A stretch of 64,000 nt of DNA from Marispirochaeta sp. GTDB taxonomy: Bacteria; Spirochaetota; Spirochaetia; JC444; Marispirochaetaceae. The notes beneath the pieces are model-generated. The model saw only the letters and a program-made list of their open reading frames with translations, made no database searches and was not told where the DNA came from. The translations under genes and the position numbers were made by a program. Below are positions 30,257 to 38,253 of this stretch, piece after piece. The stretch is from positions 768,001-832,000 of the forward strand of contig CAXXFF010000003.1 of assembly GCA_963676835.2 (NCBI GenBank), given 5' to 3'. Each line of letters begins with the position of its first letter. Within the stretch, counting starts at the first letter, position 1.

Positions 30257-31531
30257 ATGCTCTACTACGAAAAGGGATCCGAGAATACCGTTATCGGAAT
30301 GGAGGAACTTTCTTCTATATTGACGGAGGTTCTTGGGAAAATCGGAGAAAAGCAGAAGGTTCTTGCCCTGCCGCCGGACATAACCAGGGCTCACTCAAAA
30401 GCTGGAGAAATTACCTCCATGCTTTATGGTCACTATGGAGAAAAGCTGACCGATATTATGCCAGCCATCGGTACCCACGCACCCATGAGCAGCGAAGAGA
30501 TAGAAAAGATGTTTCCCGGTGTACCGGAAGATCTTTTCCGCGATCACCGCTGGCGAAAGGACTTGTCTACCCTTGGCACGGTTCCCGCTGATTTTGTAAA
30601 GAAACAGACCGGCGGCAAAATTGACTTTGACTGGCCCGCCCAGGTCAATTCACTGCTGGTGGAAGGCGGCCACGATCTGATTGTCAGCATCGGCCAGGTG
30701 GTTCCACACGAAGTAATAGGGCTTGCCAATTACAATAAAAACATCTTTGTGGGAACCGGCGGCCAGGAGGGCATAAACAAAAGTCATTTTATCGGTGCCG
30801 CCTACGGCATGGAAAAGATCATGGGCCGTGCGGATAACCCTGTCCGGGCCATTCTCAACTATGCCTCGGAAGAATTCGGCGGGGACCTTCCCCTGCTCTA
30901 CATTCTGACGGTTGTAGGCCGGGATTCCGACGGCAGCCTTCCAATTCGGGGCCTCTATATCGGCGACGACCATGAATGCTTCTATAAGGCAGCGGAACTT
31001 TCTTTAAAAGTAAACTTTACCATGCTGGAAAAACCCATAAAGAAAGCGGTGGTTTACCTGGATCCGGAAGAGTTCCGAAGTACCTGGCTGGGTAATAAGA
31101 GTATTTACCGTACCAGAATGGCCATAGAAGACGGTGGAGAACTGATAGTGCTTGCTCCCGGTGTAAAAGAGTTCGGAGAGGATGCTGAAAACGACCGCAT
31201 AATACGAAAGTACGGCTACCTCACCACCGACGAAGTTCTGGACTGCACAGCGAAGAATCAGGATCTTCAGGACAACCTTGGAGTTGCCGCTCACCTTATC
31301 CACGGATCACCGGAAAAGAGGTTCAGCGTAACCTATTGCCCCGGCCATCTGACAAAAGAAGAGATTGAAAGTGTGGGCTACACCTATGCCGATCTGTCGG
31401 AAATGCGTAAACTGTATAATCCGGACACCTTAAAAGACGGCTGGAATACTATGCCCGACGGCGAGGAAATCTACTTTATAAGCAATCCTGCCATTGGATT
31501 ATGGGCCGTTAAAGAGCGGTTTAACGATTGA
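30257..31531 (+). CDS. LarA/DUF2088 family epimerase, possible mannonate/gluconate 2-epimerase
   Basis: PPDITR, AIGTHAPM, VVPHEVIG..NKN; lies between uronate genes and gnd. Confidence 0.7.
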   Translation: MLYYEKGSENTVIGMEELSSILTEVLGKIGEKQKVLALPPDITRAHSKAGEITSMLYGHYGEKLTDIMPAIGTHAPMSSEEIEKMFPGVPEDLFRDHRWRKDLSTLGTVPADFVKKQTGGKIDFDWPAQVNSLLVEGGHDLIVSIGQVVPHEVIGLANYNKNIFVGTGGQEGINKSHFIGAAYGMEKIMGRADNPVRAILNYASEEFGGDLPLLYILTVVGRDSDGSLPIRGLYIGDDHECFYKAAELSLKVNFTMLEKPIKKAVVYLDPEEFRSTWLGNKSIYRTRMAIEDGGELIVLAPGVKEFGEDAENDRIIRKYGYLTTDEVLDCTAKNQDLQDNLGVAAHLIHGSPEKRFSVTYCPGHLTKEEIESVGYTYADLSEMRKLYNPDTLKDGWNTMPDGEEIYFISNPAIGLWAVKERFND

Positions 31532-31750
31532 AGCAATAGATCGGGTTTCCCGATCTTTGCGGCAGCGTAAGCTGAGCGGAGGGAGAGGACGACCGTCCGA
31601 ACCCGACCGAAAAAGAAGGAACCCTGCCATCGGGCTGTGGGCCGTTGAAGAGAGATTTAATGATTGAAGCAATAGATCGGGTTTCCCGATCTTTGCGGCA
31701 GCGTAAGCTGAGCGGAGGGAGAGGACGACCGTCAGAACCCAACCGGAAAT
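31484..31750 (+). repeat. 136-bp tandem duplication of the last 16 codons plus downstream hairpin-rich sequence
   Basis: Copies start at 31484 and 31620; tails NPAIGLWAVKERFND* and NPAIGLWAVEERFND*. Confidence 0.9.
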
Positions 31751-31771
31751 GAGATAAATAAGGAGATTTAT

Positions 31772-33232
31772 ATGGCAGAAAAACAGGCGGATATTGGACT
31801 TATCGGTCTTGCAGTAATGGGACAGAATCTTGTCCTCAACATGAATGACAACGGCTATACCGTAGCAGTCTTCAACCGTACAGTAAGCAAGGTTGATGAT
31901 TTTCTTAACGGTGCGGCCAAAGGCAGGGATACAATCCTCGGAGCCCACTCCATGGAAGAGTTTGTGGCAAGCCTTAAACGCCCCAGAAAAGTAATGCTCA
32001 TGGTCAAAGCCGGTGATGTAGTAGACAGCTTTATCGATATGGTACTGCCCCACCTGGAAAAAGGTGACTGCATCATCGACGGAGGAAACTCCCACTTCCC
32101 CGATACAATCCGCAGAACAAAAACCCTTGAAGAGAAAGGTATTCTCTACATCGGCACCGGTGTTTCCGGCGGTGAAGAGGGCGCCAGAAGAGGCCCTTCC
32201 ATGATGCCCGGAGGAAACAAGAAAGCATGGCCTCTGGTAAAGGATATTTTCCAGTCAATCGCTGCAAAAACCGACGATGGCGAGCCCTGCTGTGACTGGG
32301 TTGGAGAAGACGGCGCAGGTCATTACGTGAAGATGGTGCATAACGGAATTGAATATGGTGATATGCAGCTCATCTGTGAGGCCTACATGCTCATGAAGAA
32401 TGCCCTGGGCATGGATGCCGATGCAATGCATGAAGTGTTCAAGGATTGGAACACCGGCGACCTTGACTCCTACCTGGTTGAGATAACCCGTGATATCCTG
32501 GGATTTAAAGATGATGACGGATCGGCTCTGGTGGAAAAGATTCTCGATACAGCCGGCCAGAAAGGAACCGGGAAATGGACCGGTGTAAGCTCTCTGGACC
32601 TTGGTGTTCCGGTAACCCTTATTGGCGAAGCCGTTTTTTCCCGCTGTCTTTCCGCAATGAAGGACGAACGGGTTGAAGCTTCAAAAGTACTGAGCGGCCC
32701 GGATGCCACCTTCTCCGGAGACAAAAAAAGCTTTATCGACGACATCCAGAAGGCTCTTCTTGCCAGTAAAATTGTCTCATATACCCAGGGGTACATGCTC
32801 ATGCGTGAAGCAGCCAGAGAGTACGGCTGGAACCTCAACTACGGCGGCATAGCCCTTATGTGGCGGGGCGGCTGTATTATCCGTTCTGTTTTTCTGGGCA
32901 AGATCAAAGATGCCTTCGACAAGAATCCGGAACTGAATAACCTGCTGCTGGATGACTGGTTCAAGAACAAGATTGATGAGTGCCAGGCCTCCTGGCGAAG
33001 GGTTGTTTCAAAGTCTGTCGAGCTGGGTATTCCCATGCCGGCGTTCTCCACTGCCCTGGCTTTTTATGACGGCTACCGTAACGACCGTCTTCCAGCCAAC
33101 CTGCTTCAGGCACAGCGGGACTACTTCGGTGCCCACACCTACGAACGGGTGGACAAGAAACGGGGTGAATTCTTTCATACCAACTGGACCGGCACCGGCG
33201 GCGATGTATCCGCCAGCACCTACGAAGTCTGA
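31772..33232 (+). CDS. gnd: NADP-dependent 6-phosphogluconate dehydrogenase
   Basis: GLAVMGQN, VKMVHNGIEYGDMQ, GQKGTGKW, QAQRDYFGAHTY. Confidence 0.96.
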   Translation: MAEKQADIGLIGLAVMGQNLVLNMNDNGYTVAVFNRTVSKVDDFLNGAAKGRDTILGAHSMEEFVASLKRPRKVMLMVKAGDVVDSFIDMVLPHLEKGDCIIDGGNSHFPDTIRRTKTLEEKGILYIGTGVSGGEEGARRGPSMMPGGNKKAWPLVKDIFQSIAAKTDDGEPCCDWVGEDGAGHYVKMVHNGIEYGDMQLICEAYMLMKNALGMDADAMHEVFKDWNTGDLDSYLVEITRDILGFKDDDGSALVEKILDTAGQKGTGKWTGVSSLDLGVPVTLIGEAVFSRCLSAMKDERVEASKVLSGPDATFSGDKKSFIDDIQKALLASKIVSYTQGYMLMREAAREYGWNLNYGGIALMWRGGCIIRSVFLGKIKDAFDKNPELNNLLLDDWFKNKIDECQASWRRVVSKSVELGIPMPAFSTALAFYDGYRNDRLPANLLQAQRDYFGAHTYERVDKKRGEFFHTNWTGTGGDVSASTYEV

Positions 33233-33251
33233 TACACCATTAAGTCTGCTG

Positions 33252-33280
33252 AAGCACCCTGAAAACAGGGTGCTTTTTTT
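33252..33280 (+). terminator. Intrinsic terminator of gnd
   Basis: aagcaccctg-aaaa-cagggtgctt followed by T run. Confidence 0.85.
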
Positions 33281-33301
33281 GGTATTTTTTCAAAGAAAAA
33301 T

Positions 33302-33330
33302 TTGACGAACTGTGGTTTGAGGACTACATT
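33302..33330 (+). promoter_or_regulatory. Sigma70-type promoter
   Basis: TTGACG-17 bp-TACATT. Confidence 0.7.
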
Positions 33331-33335
33331 TAAAG

Positions 33336-33588
33336 TGTTGGATGTTTCTAACAAGGAGGCAACCGATGGAAGCACCGCCTAAACAGGTGTGCCGGGATTA
33401 GCCCCGGCGTGTACATATTGTGTTGTTTGAAATCAGATTAAGAACGGAGGCGCCTATAGAACCACCCTATAGAGTAGCTTACCGAAAAGGTAATTCGAGC
33501 TCATAACGAGCAATAACGAGATACCAGTTCTGTGAGAAATCACACAAAAGAACGATATTTACAAGCCGGCCTCAGGCCGGCTTTTTTT
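33336..33588 (+). ncRNA. Candidate stand-alone structured small RNA (may encode an 11-aa peptide)
   Basis: Own promoter and terminator, about seven local hairpins, no long ORF; AAGGAGG-ATG micro-ORF at 33366-33401. Confidence 0.55.
33563..33588 (+). terminator. Intrinsic terminator
   Basis: aagccggcc-tca-ggccggc followed by T7. Confidence 0.85.
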
Positions 33589-33651
33589 ATACGCCTGAAA
33601 TAATCAGATCAGAAATTTGCGATCCCTGCCTCAATTTTCTACAATTTAATC

Positions 33652-33825
33652 ATGATGAACGGAGACATAGACAGGATTACCGGCAGAATTGAAAGTCTGC
33701 TGCAGCGTCTGGGCTTGTTTATCAAGCATGAAGAGCTGGAACCGGAACATTACTTTGATCCCTTTCACCGGCTGAATTTTTCCGAAGGGGAAATCAGGAA
33801 GCTTCAGAGAGCAAGCAGGAACTGA
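33652..33825 (+). CDS. Candidate 57-aa small protein (leaderless)
   Basis: MMNGDIDRITGRIESLLQRLGLFIKHEELEPEHYFDPFHRLNFSEGEIRKLQRASRN; TTGCGA-17-TACAAT-6 nt-ATG. Confidence 0.45.
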   Translation: MMNGDIDRITGRIESLLQRLGLFIKHEELEPEHYFDPFHRLNFSEGEIRKLQRASRN

Positions 33826-34738
33826 ACAACTCCCTGAAATGATCCTCTCCCTTTCCGTTGCCGGGAACGATTATAACAATCCCCACACTCTCGGGGCGCT
33901 CCTCAAGTTTTCCCAGAGAAACAGAATCACCGACACAGTCAATCTGATAATACCCACCCTCAGCCGCTGCAACCGCACCTTTGACACGGTAGCTTTCTTT
34001 TGCGGTACGAACCAGAAATTCTCTGAGAGCAGTTTCATTCAAGGGACCATCTGGTAATATCACATAATTTTTGGGCCGTCCGGCATTTCCCCATCCCATG
34101 TAAGAGGAATCAAGATCAGGTGTAGATGGTGCTTTGCTGATCATCGATTCAATTTCACCGAATGAAATATTTCCAAAAGAGGTTTTGCGTATCTCTACAG
34201 AATCATTGGCAGTTAGAATAAGGCTTTCTGCGGCCGATACTTCATCTTCCGAACATTGATCGATCTTATTGAGAACAACAGCTCCGGCATAGCGGATCTG
34301 CTCGCTGATTACCTGTACACTTTCATGCAGAACAGGCAGTCTGGGAGCATCAACAACGGTTATAAGTCCACCGAAATGTATTGCCCCCGAGGTGGTTTTC
34401 TCCACCCCGGCTGACAGATCCTTCAGTGTAGCCGGCTTTGAAAGGCCGGAACACTCGGCAATAATAAGGTCCGGCTTTTTTTCCGCCAGCTGGATTAACG
34501 CTGACGACAGAGGCCCGGCAAGGCAGGAACAGAAGATCTGACCGTTATTCAGTTCAAAGATATCTCCTTTTTTCCTGCCCTCCTCTTCTACTCTTCCCGC
34601 ATCTACTCCAATTGAACCAAACTCATTGATTATCAGCCCCGCAGTCCGGTCTCCCAGGGTTGCGAGCAGTTTGTTTAAAACCGTGGTTTTGCCGGATCCA
34701 AGGAAACCGGCAATAAAGTAGAGGGGAATACCTGTCAT
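33794..34738 (-). CDS. CobW/COG0523-family G3E GTPase (metallochaperone)
   Basis: GFLGSGKTT, INEFG, CSC, ECSGL, LNKID, YRVKG. Confidence 0.88.
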   Translation of the reverse strand: MTGIPLYFIAGFLGSGKTTVLNKLLATLGDRTAGLIINEFGSIGVDAGRVEEEGRKKGDIFELNNGQIFCSCLAGPLSSALIQLAEKKPDLIIAECSGLSKPATLKDLSAGVEKTTSGAIHFGGLITVVDAPRLPVLHESVQVISEQIRYAGAVVLNKIDQCSEDEVSAAESLILTANDSVEIRKTSFGNISFGEIESMISKAPSTPDLDSSYMGWGNAGRPKNYVILPDGPLNETALREFLVRTAKESYRVKGAVAAAEGGYYQIDCVGDSVSLGKLEERPESVGIVIIVPGNGKGEDHFRELFSSCLLSEAS

Positions 34739-36085
34739 TTACATTACCTCATCAATCGCGCCGAAGAGTTCGTCACGGCTGGGAATAATAGAAGAGTACT
34801 TCAACTGTCCGTTGATGTATATACTGGGCAGCTGCTTTACTCCCATAGCTCCGCAGCGGGCGATATTTTCCGGGCTGGTGTACTTGTACTCGACCACATC
34901 AATCTTGTCACCATACTCTTTTTTCGCATCCATAGCAGAAGCCATCATATAAGTACAGGCGGCACAGGTAGTTGAATCCAGGGTAAAGACCTCAACAAGA
35001 GGACGTTCCAGGTTTTCATAATCCGGCAGCTCCCCCTCGAATACCAGATCCTCTTTCGAGTAGTTGGCAACCATGGACCGGACTGCCGCGGTATTATGCA
35101 CCGCCTGTTCAGCACCGATGGTATTTTCCACAGGAATGGCATAAGGCATATCGCAGCCGGGGGAGATAATCAGGTTATCGTGGGAAACTGAATCCATAAG
35201 GTCGATTACCGCTTTCATATTGTCCTGCTGATTTCCAAAAAGCATAATCGATGTGAGGGGAATATTTCCCGCCAGCACTACATCGTATTTGTCAGTAACC
35301 TCTTTGGCAGTCGCAAGATTCACGTTTTCATCCACTGAGATATTATCCGGCTTTGTGAGACACATTGGTTCAATATTATTGGTCGCATTCCCACAGACGA
35401 AGAAGGAGGAAAATACTCCTTTTGCCCGTATATCGGCAAAGAGCTCGGAAAAGGGGTTTTCCATAAACTCCTTGAAATGGTCCGGTGAAATCTGGGAGAT
35501 CAGGGGATCGACAACAGCCACAACATCCATTCCGGCTTCGATAAAGTATCCCGCCAGTGTTTTTGCAACCTTGTTACAGTAATCCAGAAGATTATGAACA
35601 TAGTCAGGATTCAGGATCATGTCCATAAACAGGTTGGTACCGCGCAGATGGGATGCCAGGGTAAAAGGACCGCAGAGCAGACCATATAACGCAGTATCTT
35701 CTCCAACTGCTGCTTTCATCCGACGCATCACATTCAGCTCCAGCCCGAGTCGTCCATCATCGGGGGCAGGAATCTTATCGGGGATTTCGTCAATGTCAGA
35801 CAGAGGATGGGTGGAGACCGTGGGAGGTGCATCTTCGGACCAGACAAGATCACATCCCAGGATTTCAGCCTCTACCTGCAGGTCAAACATAACCGGCTGA
35901 CCATCCGGTTTATAGAGCTTGTTAACTTCCAGGAGTGATTCAAACAACTTATCTCCATCGGTGGAGACTTCTTTTGCAGTATAGTCCTTGAGCCGTCCGG
36001 CATGAACCCCGGCAAAAGGTACCCAGGGTACATTATCGGGAATACCATTCCCCATGACTGTATAAATTCGTTCCTTTCCTGTCAT
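34739..36085 (-). CDS. MtaA/UROD-family methyltransferase fused to a C-terminal thioredoxin-like domain
   Basis: VEAEILGC, GPFTLA, FVCGN, AGNIP, SPGCDMP; C-terminal CAAC..GVKQLPSIYING. Confidence 0.82.
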   Translation of the reverse strand: MTGKERIYTVMGNGIPDNVPWVPFAGVHAGRLKDYTAKEVSTDGDKLFESLLEVNKLYKPDGQPVMFDLQVEAEILGCDLVWSEDAPPTVSTHPLSDIDEIPDKIPAPDDGRLGLELNVMRRMKAAVGEDTALYGLLCGPFTLASHLRGTNLFMDMILNPDYVHNLLDYCNKVAKTLAGYFIEAGMDVVAVVDPLISQISPDHFKEFMENPFSELFADIRAKGVFSSFFVCGNATNNIEPMCLTKPDNISVDENVNLATAKEVTDKYDVVLAGNIPLTSIMLFGNQQDNMKAVIDLMDSVSHDNLIISPGCDMPYAIPVENTIGAEQAVHNTAAVRSMVANYSKEDLVFEGELPDYENLERPLVEVFTLDSTTCAACTYMMASAMDAKKEYGDKIDVVEYKYTSPENIARCGAMGVKQLPSIYINGQLKYSSIIPSRDELFGAIDEVM

Positions 36086-36154
36086 AATTCCTCCAAAGAG
36101 CAGAAGCAGGTAATTTTAATGGCGACGATTTTTGTCGTATTAAGTGTGAAAATG

Positions 36155-36178
36155 AACCCGGCTTTTATGAGCCGGGTT
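36155..36178. terminator. Intergenic hairpin
   Basis: aacccggct-tttatg-agccgggtt. Confidence 0.5.
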
Positions 36179-36202
36179 AAGTCAGATCAGTACTGATAAA
36201 TC

Positions 36203-36838
36203 TCAGCTTGCACAGGCAGCTACGGCAGCTTCAGCAGCGGTAGTTGCATCGGCAGTGTAGATATCCGCGCCGATTGAATCACAGAAATTCTTGGTAACCG
36301 GTGCGCCGCCGACCATAATGGTTACGGAATCACGCATTCCGGCTTCTGTAGCCGCTTTTACAACATTTTCCATTTCGGTCATGGTTGTTGTAAGAAGGGC
36401 TGAGCAGGCTATAACCTGTGCACCCTGTTCCTGTGCCGTGGCAATAAATTTCTCAGAAGGAACATCAGCGCCAAGGTCGATAACCTCAAGCCCTTTTCCT
36501 TCCATCATAATTTTAACAAGGTTCTTGCCAATGTCATGGAGGTCGCCTTTTACCGTTCCAAGAACAACCTTACCCTTTGAATCGGAAGCATCACCCACCA
36601 TGTGGGGCTTCAGAATTGCAATACCTGCATTCATAGCCCGGGCGGCTATAAGTACTTCAGGTACATATACTTCGTTCTTCTTGAACCGTTCTCCGACAAC
36701 GCCCATACCGAGCATAAGTCCTTCGTTCAGTATTTCTTTTGCACTGCTTCCGTCATCCAGAGCCTTCTGACAAAGGTCAGCAACCTCTTTGGCTTTTCCT
36801 TTCTGCAGCATTTCTGATATTTCATTCCAGTCAGCCAT
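36203..36838 (-). CDS. Corrinoid (B12-binding) methyltransferase protein, MtaC/MtbC-like
   Basis: GDLHDIGKNLV, SALLTTT, VGGAPV. Confidence 0.93.
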   Translation of the reverse strand: MADWNEISEMLQKGKAKEVADLCQKALDDGSSAKEILNEGLMLGMGVVGERFKKNEVYVPEVLIAARAMNAGIAILKPHMVGDASDSKGKVVLGTVKGDLHDIGKNLVKIMMEGKGLEVIDLGADVPSEKFIATAQEQGAQVIACSALLTTTMTEMENVVKAATEAGMRDSVTIMVGGAPVTKNFCDSIGADIYTADATTAAEAAVAACAS

Positions 36839-36939
36839 TCCATCTCTCCTTTCGGCATATAGTTTATTATCAGGTCAAAATTCCATTCCGGTATTGAAAA
36901 AAAACGTTTCTTTTGGAAGTTTTTTAGGCAAAAACAGGA

Positions 36940-38223
36940 TTAACGATGAATTTCCTGACTATCCCCGCTGATTCTGCCCCGGGATTCCCGGTACCGACCG
37001 GGGGTGACACCGGAGACCCGCTTAAACACTTTGGAAAAGTAGGACTGATCTTCATAGCCCACCATGGCAGCAACATCCACCAGAGGAATAGTTGTATTCC
37101 GAAGTATATCCCGGGCCTTATCGATTCGGTACTTATTGAGATAGTTATTGAAGCTTACCTTCATCTCTTCCTTGAAAACCTTGGAGAAATAAGCGGGAGA
37201 TAAGTAGACTTCACCTGCAACGGCATCGAGGGTAATCTTGTCCGCATAATTGCTGTGAACATACTGGACAGCCCGGTATATTGCATCTGCATGTTTTACC
37301 TCACGAAGATCAAAGACGAAATCGGTAAATCTGAGCATTATACGGGAAAGCCAGGCGGCAAGATCCTCAACGGAGGAAAAGGTGTTTATCTGCCTGAGAT
37401 AGCGGAGATTAAGACCGAATATCTGTTCGACCTCTGCCCCGCCTTCAACAGCCGCCCTGGAGAGAAGGACAACCAGTTCAAGCACCCGGGACTGAATAAC
37501 CTCAAGATTTCGACCGGAAGAGAAAAAGACACTGCCGAGGATTTCATTCAACAGCTGCTGAGAGCCCTTCTTGTCGCCCCTGGAAATAAGGCTCAGAAGT
37601 TCCCGTTCTTTCTCAAGAGGATACTGATGGGTGTGACTCTCCTCTGCTTCCTTGATGTACTGTATATATTCGTTAATTCTTGACTGCTGCGCCAGGGCTT
37701 CGGATGTTACACTGAACCGGGTATCCGCCTGAAGAGAAAGGTGCTCCGCGGCAACTGCAAGCATTTCACTTAAGGCGGTTACTTTCTCGGGAGTAACCCG
37801 TGCAATGGAGTTCAGATTTTTCAGCAGCTGATCAGTATCAAAGTCTACTTCATGTTTACGCTTAAGCTCATCGATAACCTCTTCCGGCTCAATCATAAGC
37901 GCCGGTCCGCCGACCAGAGATCCCTGCATAATTCCGTCAATAACAATCGGGGAAGCCCAGTGGACGAGAGAAACCGGACAGAAATAGATGTATTTGCCCC
38001 CGAAGCGTTCAGCCTGGTACCCGCCCCAGAGATGCACCTGATGACAGTTCAGCTTATCATGCAGTACCGGCTGCAGGCCGCTGCAGAATCGGCAGCTCTC
38101 GCTGGCAAAGAGAATATCACCCTTGTTGTCTATAACAGAGCAGCTGCAGCCTGTTGCCTTGGCATAAAAACCTGCAATACGCCGGGCCCGCTCCCAATCG
38201 AGTTCGTTAGCACCATTATCCAT
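36940..38223 (-). CDS. PocR sensory domain / AraC family regulator
   Basis: CRFC..C..YIYFCP PocR cysteines; LSPAYFSKVFK..GYEDQSYFSKVFK. Confidence 0.88.
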   Translation of the reverse strand: MDNGANELDWERARRIAGFYAKATGCSCSVIDNKGDILFASESCRFCSGLQPVLHDKLNCHQVHLWGGYQAERFGGKYIYFCPVSLVHWASPIVIDGIMQGSLVGGPALMIEPEEVIDELKRKHEVDFDTDQLLKNLNSIARVTPEKVTALSEMLAVAAEHLSLQADTRFSVTSEALAQQSRINEYIQYIKEAEESHTHQYPLEKERELLSLISRGDKKGSQQLLNEILGSVFFSSGRNLEVIQSRVLELVVLLSRAAVEGGAEVEQIFGLNLRYLRQINTFSSVEDLAAWLSRIMLRFTDFVFDLREVKHADAIYRAVQYVHSNYADKITLDAVAGEVYLSPAYFSKVFKEEMKVSFNNYLNKYRIDKARDILRNTTIPLVDVAAMVGYEDQSYFSKVFKRVSGVTPGRYRESRGRISGDSQEIHR

Positions 38224-38253
38224 AATATTGTATGCAACTATACCAGACTTTTT

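Noticed and set aside
31499..32095. Minus-strand ORFs with duplicated peptide (31499-32095, 31521-31742)
   Set aside because: By-products of the 136-bp DNA duplication and gnd antisense
36839..36939. Cobalamin riboswitch upstream of the corrinoid gene
   Set aside because: Region is short and AT-rich; no B12-box or riboswitch core seen
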